Shown: piece after piece, positions 53,546 through 64,000 of the stretch
How the letters are laid out: every line of letters begins with the position of its first letter
Numbering within the stretch: position 1 is the stretch's first letter
Assembly (NCBI GenBank): GCA_963693365.1
Contig: CAVNZM010000018.1
Location: forward strand, 739,861-803,860
Direction: 5' to 3'
From: Amoebidium appalachense
Lineage: Eukaryota; Protista; Ichthyosporea
Length of the DNA: 64,000 nt
Notes under the pieces: model-generated
Told to the model about the DNA's origin: nothing
Seen by the model: the letters and a program-made list of their open reading frames with translations, nothing else
The model's database searches: none
Program-made: the position numbers and the translations under genes

Positions 53546-54899
53546 ATGTTTTCGTTGTGCGCACGGCTACTACCAAACAGGGCGGTGCCAGCATCCGCTG
53601 TCCTTGGCGGGTTGGTGCCATTCCAGGCAGAAAGACACCTGCACAAGAAGACGGGGCTCGGTGGTGGCGGGAAGAACAAACCACGCAAGTCGCCACCCAA
53701 GGCTGGGGTGCACGAGCTAAGGCTTGGCGTTGTCCGTGCCAGTGATGTGTTTTACCCCGGTCGTCAGGCCACCCTTACACTGACCGACATACGAGAGGTA
53801 CGGTGGTATGCGTGTGCCCTGTTTGTGTTGTTTACATGTTTCCCAAGCCACTTTAAGGTCACAGTGAATGGTGTAGCCTCGAAAAGATTTTCTTCGTTTA
53901 CTTTCTGGCCTTGTTAAAAACTTTCATACTGCTTTTTGCCAAAGACCCATGCCAACCCCACCCCCCCCGTGGCCACCCCCACCCTTCCCAAACCAAACAG
54001 CACACACATGAACTTGCACATACAAACCACATCTATTCGTTATACCCCCTCTTTGTCGTACCTCTTAATCCCTCTCATGGCACTTTGACGTTAAATCCCA
54101 CACCTCGTTACCTTCTAAGTAACCGCCATACCATGTTTTCTTTTCCAGTGGAAGCTCCTTTACGACGCAGACGAGAAACATGGTGGCATGTTCACAGCAG
54201 CAGCGTGGCAGCAGCAGGCAGGTGGGGACGGACCCCAATCCTGGGCCGGGTACGGTGTGGGGTGCCTGCTGAAGATATCAGAGCTGTTGCACAAGAAGCC
54301 AGAGGGGGAGGGGGTGGGGACCATCTACTGCATAGCCCAGCCATATGCAAGGGTCAGGCTGCACACCCCCCAGCTGGACCCGTTTGGATACTGGACGGCC
54401 GCTGTGAGCATGTTTGCTGGTGGGTGACTGGATTTTTGAGTTGTGTTGCTAGCAGGTCACACACCATGGCACACACGCACACACATACACAAATATACAC
54501 GCAAGAACCCTAACTTACGAAAGCCAGGCATCGAATGCTACAAAGTTTTGTCAAGCACGCATTAGCTTATTCCTTAGTGTTAAGGTACATCCTTGGGGTG
54601 CGAATGATCCGTTTGCACACAAGCACAAGCACGGTCTGTACATCAGATGCTCTACCTCTTGCCTGTTCCACACTCCAGGTGTGATGCCTCTTACCTTGAC
54701 CAGAGAACTGCTAAAAAATGCCTTCACTCTTCTCACCAACAATCACCGGCATCAACACTTATCTCTCTATCCTGCACTCCCCCATTCGGAGTTACATGCT
54801 GATTGGCTGTGTCCGGGTTTCTCGGCTTGCCTGCATGCATGCTGGGGGTGGTGGCGAGGCAGGGGGTGGGGGGCGGGGGGGAAGCTGGGAGGGGAGGGG

Positions 54900-54949
<50 letters not shown>

Positions 54950-56102
54950 GCATGGAATGTAGTTTTTGTGTTTCGGCTTCTTTCGTTGTCTTGTACCGCA
55001 TGGATTTTTCCACTACATAGCCTCCCCTGCGGATCTCAGTCCCCCCCCCCCCCCCTCCCCCCCCCCCCCTCCCCCCAGTTACGTTTATCTCCTGTTCTAT
55101 GTTTCTAATGGTTTTTTTTTAAGGATTCAAGAATCTCCACACACGCACCCCCTCCCCCCCCCCCCCCCTCCTCCTCCTCCTCGCCAGTCAAGCAGTGTTC
55201 GAGTTGGGTTTCGTATCTGAGGTAAATGGGTCGAAACTTGGGTACTGTGGATGAGTTTTGCTCTGCTTATGATGCATATTCTTGTGTGCCCCATTGCGAA
55301 AATTGCAATGCGCTGTAATCAGGTATGTTTATTCCTACTTGGCAACACATTCTAACCCGCCCCTCCCGCCTGCCCCCTCCCCCCCCCCCCCCCCCCCCCC
55401 CCCCCCATTTCAGACCAAGTGGAGGCAGCACAGGCGCGGCAGGAGGCGCAGAGTGCTGGGCTGGCAGCCCAGGAGGAGGCCTGCAACCGCAAGGTGGCCG
55501 GAATTATCGAGCTGCTGCACACCCGCAGATACGGGTCAACATACGTGGGCAGCCAGGTCCAGGTGCGGGGGGGGTGATGGGAGAGTGCATGTTGGGCAGG
55601 AATGGTGGGCATGTGGTGGTTGATGGGGTGGTGCATGTTAGGCAGGAATGATGGGCATGTGGTGGTTGATGGGATGGTGCATGTTGGGCAGGAAGGATGG
55701 GCATGTGGTGGTTGATGGGAAGGTGCATGTTGGGCAGGAATGATGGGCATGTGGTGGTTGATGGGATGGTGCATGTTGGGCAAGAATGGTGGTCGTCTGG
55801 TGGTTGATGGGATGGTGCATGTTGGGCAGGAATGGTGGGCGTGTGGTGGTTGATGGGAGGGTGCATGTTGGGCAGGGCAGATTTCGGAATAGTGAAAGAT
55901 AACGAAACTGGAAGGAAAAGTCGTGTTGGACTTGGCTGAATGCGGAACTTGAATTTCGAATCGAACGGGGAGGAGGGAAGAAAATGGGTTAGAGCCAATG
56001 ATGACGCATGGTATATAGTGGAGTGCGAGAGGCCCGGGATACTGTTTCGAAATTGCGCCCTACCGTGCTTTGTTTTGGTGGTGGCCAGCTCTTGAACATG
56101 GT

Positions 56103-56168
<66 letters not shown>

Positions 56169-56440
56169 TCTCTTTCTTTTTTTTTCTTCCTTTTTTTCCT
56201 TTTTCTTTTTCTTTTTCTTTTCTTTTGGGGGGGAGGGGGGGGGGGGGGGGGGGAAGAAGGGGGTTCTGTCCTTTTTCTTCCTTTCTTTTTTTTTTTGGGG
56301 GGGGGGGAGGGGGTGGTTAAGGGAAAAGACCCCCCTCTTTAAGGAAAAGACCCCCCTCCCCCGAAAGCTTTTTCTTTCTTTCTTTCTTCCTTCCTTCTTT
56401 CTTCCTTTCTTTTTTTCTTTCTTTTTTTTTTTTTCCGGGG

Positions 56441-56482
<42 letters not shown>

Positions 56483-56992
56483 AGGGGGGGATTGGGAAAG
56501 GGGGAGGGGGGGTTGACGGCTTGGTGTGTGCGAGTAGATATTCATGTAGACACATACATCATCCACCCACGCACACGCACACACTGTTTACACAACACAA
56601 TGTATACACACACACAAAAAAAACACACACACACACACATACACCCCAACCCCCCAAAACACACACACACGTACACACGTGCACACACACACACAAACAC
56701 ACAGGCGCAGAAGGTCGAGCAAGTACTCCGGTCACTCAACCACTGGAAGGCATCTGCCGTGCGTCCTGAATTCGGCAATCCGCGCACATCCATGGGAGAT
56801 GGTTCTGAGCTCTCAGATGAGCCACATGCGCGGTTTGCGCGACTTAGCAACTTCACATACCGGCTATCTATGGTGGTCAGTGAGACATACAGCATGGACA
56901 TGGGGGCTAAGCAGGCCCTGCTGGAGTGTGCTAGCCCCGGCGCAAGGCTGGATATGATTCATGACCTGCTGCTGGCCCAGGGCTCAAGCTAG
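53546..56992 (+). CDS. Stand-alone LON peptidase N-terminal (substrate-binding) domain protein, 317 aa, probable mitochondrial presequence
   Basis: Exons 53546-53797, 54149-54419, 55414-55556 and 56705-56992 (954 nt, GT-AG, phases consistent). Motifs VFYPGRQATLTL, YGVGCLLKI, ARVRL..GYWTAAVS and LSNFTY..KQALLECASPGARLDMIHDLL fit the LON_substr_bdg domain. Arg/Leu/Ala-rich, acid-poor N-terminus. Confidence 0.8.
55575..55876. repeat. 46-bp minisatellite, ~6.5 copies, in intron 3 of the LON-N gene
   Basis: Unit GTGCATGTTGGGCAGGAATGATGGGCATGTGGTGGTTGATGGGATG starting at 55585, 55631, 55677, 55723, 55769, 55815 and 55861. Confidence 0.95.
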
Positions 56993-57077
56993 CGGTTGGT
57001 AATGTGGTGGTTGTGTGTGTGTGTAGTGGTGGTTTTGGTGGGGTGTGTGTTTGTGGTGTGTGGTGGTGGTGCTAGTG

Positions 57078-57111
<34 letters not shown>

Positions 57112-57139
57112 TGGTGGTGGTGGTGGTCGTTTTGTTTGT

Positions 57140-57183
<44 letters not shown>

Positions 57184-58046
57184 ATCTTGAACTGAAATAA
57201 TGGGGTGGTGAGGGGTATTTTTTTGCAGTTGAATGACATGAAATGCTGAATAAGGCATTGTTTTGCTGTACATTAATCTACGTGGTACGTTTTCCAACTT
57301 CGGTGTTTTTGTTGTTTGTGAAGGCATATACAGCAATTTAAGGATTTATGCTCTTTTTTGAATTGTCATATTGAAACAACGGAGAGCTGCTAAGATTGGT
57401 TGTTGTTCGTTTCAAAATTTTCTATTTTTACTGCCTTTATTAACGTGTTAAATAAATCCCCGGCTTTGAGTGGTGTTTCACTTACTTCTTTCTTATGTGG
57501 AGAATAATAGTGTTAATCACCACGAATTTATATTTAGTGCTATGGTCATTATAATTACAACGGCTACACTTAGTAATTGTTCAGTATTTTTTTTGTTCGG
57601 ATCTTGGAGCGAGTTTTCGTAAATCTGCAATTATGATGCCCCTTATGCAAAGACCGGCACACTTTGCAGGCAGCTGACCTAGATATATAGTGATGGTGTT
57701 CTCGGACCCTTGCTGCTGGTTTTGCGAGTTGTCGCACACGTACTGTACTGTAATCTGAATATAAACTGGGTGTGCAATTTACAAGCGATACGGATTCGAG
57801 AGGCTCTCGTAGCAGACCAATACTTTGAAAGTGATTTATGTAAACTTTATTACAGATACCGTCCACCACTAAGAATACCCGCCAATAAGAATACGCTAGC
57901 AGCCAAGTCCGTTTTTTTAAAGAATATGCACTGCAGCCAGATTTTGGGATATTCTTAATGGCGGACTGACCTATAGTATAAACTTTGCTGGATCATGCAT
58001 AATCATCCCCCCCCCCCCCCCCCCCCCCCCACCGGCCCCCTCCCGT

Positions 58047-58077
<31 letters not shown>

Positions 58078-58312
58078 CCTGTCAACACACACACCCCAAC
58101 CCACCCCCTCCCCATGTCTCCCCCCCCTCCCCTCCCCCCAATCCCCCCGGGGGTCCCGTGTCATTAAAGGATATGATAGCGGCCATGCAAAAACTTTAAG
58201 AATATGCACCGCGACCACGTTTTAGAGGGGGTTCGTAATAGCGGACGGCATCTGTATACTGTACTGTCACTGCAGTAACGAGATACTAATAAATTAGGTC
58301 ACTGGTCATACC

Positions 58313-58342
58313 CAAGGCCTCCTACTCTGACAGGAGGCCTTG
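58313..58342. mobile_element. 30-bp minimal TIR element with 8-bp TSD
   Basis: CAAGGCCTCCT-ACTCTGAC-AGGAGGCCTTG flanked by GTCATACC at 58305-58312 and 58343-58350. Confidence 0.65.
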
Positions 58343-58455
58343 GTCATACCACCCAGGCAGCGCGGGGAATATTCATTGCAAGTTTTTTCCTATACAGCTA
58401 GTAGAAACTAATAATTACAAAGATACGCCACTCCGACAACAATTACAGCATACTG

Positions 58456-58565
58456 GTCCCACAATCGCACACCGAAACATAGAGCACTACTCGAGGTCAT
58501 TGTGGATTGAGCAGAAGTTGGGTGACCTGGCCGGTACTAAGTCGTGCATAGAGGACCTATGCATG
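58456..58565. repeat. 110-bp structured dispersed repeat, copy 1
   Basis: Shares the blocks GTCCCACAATC, ACACCGAA, ACTCGAGG, TTGTGGATT, GTTGGGTGACCTG and CGTGCATAGAG.ACCTATGCATG with 59985-60094. Confidence 0.85.
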
Positions 58566-58835
58566 AGGTGAAGTACACTTCTTGGTCAATGGCATTCTTC
58601 TTGGTCAATGGCATGTACCCCTTTGTTAACCGGCAAATCAGATGAGAACGCTACGTGTCATGCCAACAAGCCGCAGCATTACTAACCATACCCAGGCTGA
58701 GCTCAGGAGCTTAAGGAACAAGGCAGGTTGTGTAAATTCGTGCCTCATTATATGTTTCCGGATCACCGGGTGAAAGAGGGGGGGGGGGGGGAGGGGGGGG
58801 GGGGGGGGGGAGTCTGTGAGAGACGGAGGAGACGG

Positions 58836-58898
<63 letters not shown>

Positions 58899-59148
58899 AG
58901 GGAGGGAGGGAGGGAGGGAGGGAGGGAGGGAGGGAGGGAGTTGTAGAGTCTGAGGGGAGGGGGGAGAGATAAAGAGGGAGGGAGGAAGGGAGGGAGAGAG
59001 GGAGGGAGGTAGAGCGTGAGAGAGAAAGGGAGAGCGAGCGAGTGGGAGAGATAGAGAGCGAGAGAGAGGGAGAAAGAGAGAGAGACAGCGAGAGAGAGGG
59101 AGGGAGAGAGAGAGGGGGGGGGAGGGGGGAGAGGGGGGGGGGGGGGGG

Positions 59149-59187
<39 letters not shown>

Positions 59188-59266
59188 AGAGGGAGGGTGA
59201 GAGAGGGGGGGGGGGGGGGGGAGAGGGAGAGGGAGAGAAGGAGACTGAGATAGAGAAATACTCACA

Positions 59267-59306
<40 letters not shown>

Positions 59307-59381
59307 AGCTTAAGGAGACTGAGAGAGAACGACACAACCACACGCACAGAGAGAGAGAGACAGAGAGAGAGAGAGAAAGAT

Positions 59382-59505
<124 letters not shown>

Positions 59506-59743
59506 CTCTGGGAGAGAAGGACACACACAGAGAGAGAGTGTGTGTGTGTGTGTTCGACTGCTGTGGTATTCTGTAGGCTTTGGATTGCTATGCAGTTGTG
59601 CTGCCGAACGTGTCTCTGAGGCATATATCTGAAAACCTAAGCCGATGATCGGTCGACGGATTCATTTGTGCAACATTAATCTGACAATGTAACCCCCCTC
59701 CCCCCTTCCCTACCTCCCCACCCCCTTCTATTCCGAATCCTCC

Positions 59744-59777
<34 letters not shown>

Positions 59778-59984
59778 CAACCGGGGTTTAGGTCAGTATG
59801 GGCCAAGATTTAGCGCCTTAATTTAGATGAGAGTATAGCCGGTCTCAAGAGTTAGCACACTGTCAAATTAAGGCTGATTGGGTACGAAAAACACCAAACT
59901 TCTTTCTGCAAGTCTTAGTAGTTACAAAGGAACTTACATAATAACGAGAAATATTTCATGATGCCGGACATCTCCAGCGTAACT

Positions 59985-60094
59985 GTCCCACAATCAGACA
60001 CCGAACATACACCAACACTCGAGGGCGCTTGTGGATTAGGTCCGGTTGGGTGACCTGCCACTTACTTAAGCCGTGCATAGAGAACCTATGCATG
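59985..60094. repeat. 110-bp structured dispersed repeat, copy 2
   Basis: Same orientation, length and block order as 58456-58565, with divergent linkers. Confidence 0.85.
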
Positions 60095-60688
60095 CAAAGT
60101 CTTCGGAACCGAACAAGCCTTGCCATTTAATGATGGTCGCTCATGCACTGATGCTAAAGAACTCGATTATTTCAAGCCCGAGGCCGTTGTATATTCACGG
60201 TCCGGGAAATCATTCGGTTTGCTCTTATCATTCAACCCTCAAAGTTTGCCATGATACCAACTTGTTTAGAAGTATCCATAATTTCAGATAAGAACCGTTT
60301 AGTGTGTCGTCACGAGTTGCAGTAAGGCTTTTGACATGGGAAGGAGCTCGAGCTTAAGACAAAAAAACCGAGGTTGGCTCAAAGTGTTTCCTATGCTTCG
60401 TTTTATGTGTTTCCACAGGTACACATGTGAAACCGCGTGGTTCCGCATGCTTTTGTGTAGAATTGTGTGTATGTGGGTACACCTTTTTTTGGCCACTTTG
60501 ATCATGAAACTTCTGAATTGCAATGGTGATTCAAACTAGGAATTGCAAGCGGAGTGACTGTGTCTGTAGCAAATTTCAGAACAGAAACTTAGAAAGGGTA
60601 GTGCAACGTTCAATTGAACGATTTTGAGTGGAAGGATCTCAGACTGTAAGGAACTTCAAGGAAAGAATTCCCCAGGCACTAACCCATG

Positions 60689-60730
<42 letters not shown>

Positions 60731-61154
60731 CTGGGAGCTGTTGCTGGCAGACAATTGTCGCCCATTAACTGTCTGCTGAAGGAAACGTTGGAAATTTAAA
60801 CGTGAGTGGTACTTAAATCTTTGATACATGACATACAGTGAACTTGAGAGGCCGGATAATTTCATAAAGAAACAATTAATATCATTTATTATAGATATTG
60901 GTCTTTTGCCTGTTTTAAGGCTTTGAAAATTCCATCCAGATGCCGTAGCAGGCTGTTTACGTGGTGATGTCGATGCTGCAACAGCATAAGAAATTAAAAC
61001 TATCGAGCGCAGAGAGAGTGGGGATTTTGAAACTGCGTATGCGTCACATTAGCAGTGTACACCAGAACATCAAGTGTTATTTGCCTGAGGCCCCATTATG
61101 TAAATAATTGTCCATACAGTATAGCTTAAAAGCAAATTTCAGCGTTGTGGGCAC

Positions 61155-61216
<62 letters not shown>

Positions 61217-61218
61217 GT

Positions 61219-61288
<70 letters not shown>

Positions 61289-62808
61289 CCTCTACCAACA
61301 GGCTTAGGGCTGGCCCAAAGTCGGCTGAGACTTGCAATCATAGCAACCTCAGCCTCCTTCACCTCACCCATCCATACTCTTCGCTTGAAGGCTTTCCTTT
61401 GATATTTGCAGCATACACCCCCTTAGCGGCGTTGTTGATCCCTTTAACATCAGTCTTTTTCCCTAAAGGCATAACCTGCCTGCAGGGGATCATTCACCGA
61501 AAGAAAGCAAAAATTAAAACCTTGCGGGACAAAAGAGTTGTTACTGTGTGATTATCTGGCCCCTTTGTCGTCATATATCAAAACCACAGAGGTCATTTCT
61601 CGTTTTTCAAAGTTCAACCTTTCAGCCAATGGAGGACAGTCTAATTAGAGCATGTGTTAAAAGTCTAAGCCGTATTATAACAACTTTAAACCTCAAAAGG
61701 TTATGTTTGGGATTCGTCTTATTTACTGTTTGTTTTAAATTTCCCGCCTAGGTATACTAAGTCGAAGTTCCGTAGTTTTAGTGCGTTGAGAGGGGCGGCG
61801 GGGGGGGAGGGGGGAGGAGAGAGAGGCCTAGGGAGAATGACATAGGGAGAGAGAGGGGGGGCCGGGTTTGGGGGGGGGGAGGGGGGGAGAGACGGGGAGG
61901 GGTGTGGGGGTGGGGGGGGGGGTGAGGCTAAAGAGAGAAAGAAGATGGAGACAGAGGGAGAGGGAAGAGAGACTCGGAGAGAGTCACAAGCACATATGTA
62001 CTCATAACAAGAGGGGGCAGGGGGAGGGGGGGGGGGGGGGGGAAGGAAGACACATAGGAGACAGGGAGAGAGAGGGAGAGAGGAGGGGGGGGGAGATAGA
62101 GGGAGACTCCGAGAGAAAGAGAGATAGAGGGAGAAAGGAGAGAGGGAAAGAGCGAGAGTCACATGCACACACACGGAAAAAAAGGAAGGAGGAAGAGGGG
62201 AGAGGGGAGGGAGGGGGGAGTTGGGAGGGGAGAGAGAGACAGAGGGAGAGAGAGAGGGAGAGAGAGAGAAAGAGAAAGAGAGAGAGAGAGAGTGTGTGTG
62301 TGTGTGTGTTTGTGCTTCGAGCAATTATTCAGCAACCGTTTGTGGGGCAACCAAAACCACCAATTCTGGTCTATATCTCACCGGTGCAGTTCTCACTGCA
62401 TCATGGATATGGTAAGGCTGATCATCTGTCTTTGCCCAACTAGTACGAATCCTACTTGGCGAGGCTGTGCCGAAGCAATTGAGACTGTGATTGTGGGTCA
62501 GACTTAAGCATTGTTGCAGAGCATAGTTGCGGCTTTTTTGATGGGGTCATTGCACTTTATTAGCCGCTCCCTCCGACCCATACGGCAACACGAAATGGAC
62601 CCCATGGATATATACATCTACAGAAAATACGCACCCCTTTTGTTCACGTCAACTACTTACATGGGGATTATTATATAAATTGGCTCTTTCATTGGTGGAA
62701 ACTGGCCATTGTAACGTACGTTGGGTAAATGCCGCCAAGTTTGGCTGAGCCAAGAAAATGTACTAGTACTGCTGCCAAAAAAAGTAGGTTACAGCTATAA
62801 TCATTAAC

Positions 62809-62844
<36 letters not shown>

Positions 62845-63326
62845 ACTTCTTGCCCCCTTGCCCCACAACACACTCCGCCCGTCCTGGTGCGCCGCTACGC
62901 CGTCACCACCACACTTCCTTCTAAGAACTTCTTAGCTGACGGTTGCCCTATTCAGAGCATACAAACTGGCGTGCTGCGATTATGTTGTAATAGATCGGCT
63001 GGAGATCACGCAATAGCACATCGATTTATTATTCCCTTTCTTGAGACCATTGTAGCTATTATTAGTAAAATGTAAAGACAATCCATTATATTAAAACTAT
63101 CAATATGTGTAAGGGCACCACACCCAAAAAGTGGTCTTCCATGCATATTCCATTCTTCATATGGCCAAACACATGACGGCCATTACGGCATATCAACGAA
63201 TATTTGACTCCGTGTTGGTCAAACACCTACCTCATCCAGCCCCCCCCCCCCCCCCCACACCACCCCTAACACACACATTCAGTACTACCCGTATCAGCAT
63301 TCTCACTCGCTCAGGCGGATCAATAC

Positions 63327-63357
<31 letters not shown>

Positions 63358-63448
63358 AAAAAAAAAAAGAAAAGGAAAGAAAAAAAAAGAGAGAAAGGAA
63401 AAAAAGGGCCACTCCATATATATTGCCAGGAAAACCGCCGCAGTATAC

Positions 63449-63648
63449 CGATTTGCAGTTGGAAGAGGTGCCTCGGGGCATGCGCCCATCCCCCCATGTG
63501 TGGTTGCTGCTATTGGTAGCCGTAGCCCCCCTGCTGCATCCCCCTGTCAGGCCAGAGCCCCAATAGCACACCAACAGTGTGACATGTGCCTCGTGGAGGT
63601 AGCGGTTGGTGCCCTGCCACACAACACCTCCTTCTCCCCCAAATCCCA
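63449..63648 (-). CDS. Probable internal exon of an unidentified gene starting beyond the window end
   Basis: TTTTCAG| acceptor and |GTATAC donor bracket 200 nt of non-repetitive open frame (GFGGEGGVVWQGTNRYLHEAHVTLLVCYWGSGLTGGC..NCKS) between microsatellite tracts. No homology recognised. Confidence 0.4.
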
Positions 63649-64000
63649 CTGAAAAATCACTTGCATGCCTGCAAACACACACACCTGCACGAACATATGC
63701 AAGAGCACACACGCACATGCACGACGCGCACATACCTGCGCACACGCACACGCAAGCAAGCACGTACACACACCCATACGCACGCACGCACGCACGCACG
63801 CACGCACACACAAACACCCCCCCACACGCACGCACACACACATAAAACCACGAACACGCGCGCGCGCAACCACAAAAATTTGTAAACGAAAAAAAAAATT
63901 AACATCACAAAACAAGAATAAAAAGGGATGACAAAGAAACCTCCTCGGCTGCCCACCCTCCTCGGCTGCCCCCCTCCCCCCCTCCCCCCTCTCCCCCCCA

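Noticed and set aside
55575-55876. Regular repeats as a CRISPR-like array
   Set aside because: Head-to-tail 46-bp units without unique spacers, in a eukaryotic intron.
55873-56062. Possible TIR pair CAGGGCAGATTTCG / CGAAATTGCGCCCTA
   Set aside because: Mismatched and gapped, with no TSD.
57570-57869. Minus ORF with CKVC..HHNC as a zinc finger
   Set aside because: AT-rich context, no recognisable spacing or splice signals.
58456-58565. Hammerhead, HDV-like, twister or pistol ribozyme assignment of the 110-bp repeat
   Set aside because: Only superficial fragments match (no CTGATGA core; P1/P3 pairings could not be built by eye), so it is left unassigned.
61285-62520. Unique islands at ~61285-61420 and ~62330-62520 as exons
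   Set aside because: Strand, frame and splice sites could not be fixed, and no homology was recognised.

Overview
Eukaryotic nuclear DNA: intron-rich and saturated with (CA/GT)n, (GA/CT)n and poly-G/poly-C tracts. A unicellular holozoan such as an ichthyosporean is my guess only. Most of the supplied ORF track is microsatellite noise. Manual splicing gives four apparently intact genes: CENP-S (minus, 3 exons), a 1187-aa secreted Cys-rich protein (plus, 7 exons), an MFSD10-type MFS transporter (minus, ~16 exons) and a stand-alone LON N-terminal-domain protein (plus, 4 exons). There are two decayed genes: a METTL21-family methyltransferase and an intronless F-box/ankyrin gene. Mobile DNA comprises a Ty1/copia remnant, two hAT-type MITEs with exact TIRs and 8-bp TSDs, a non-autonomous Helitron, a piggyBac-like element with a TTAG TSD and a 30-bp minimal TIR element. 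The most unusual items are the secreted protein (two cystine-knot-like modules, one split by a CBM67-like lectin domain, followed by CXCXC repeats, Gly-Asn repeats and a mucin tail), a compensated frameshift pair, a twice-present structured 110-bp repeat, and the microsatellite architecture of the introns. No searches were run; domain calls are motif recognition by eye.
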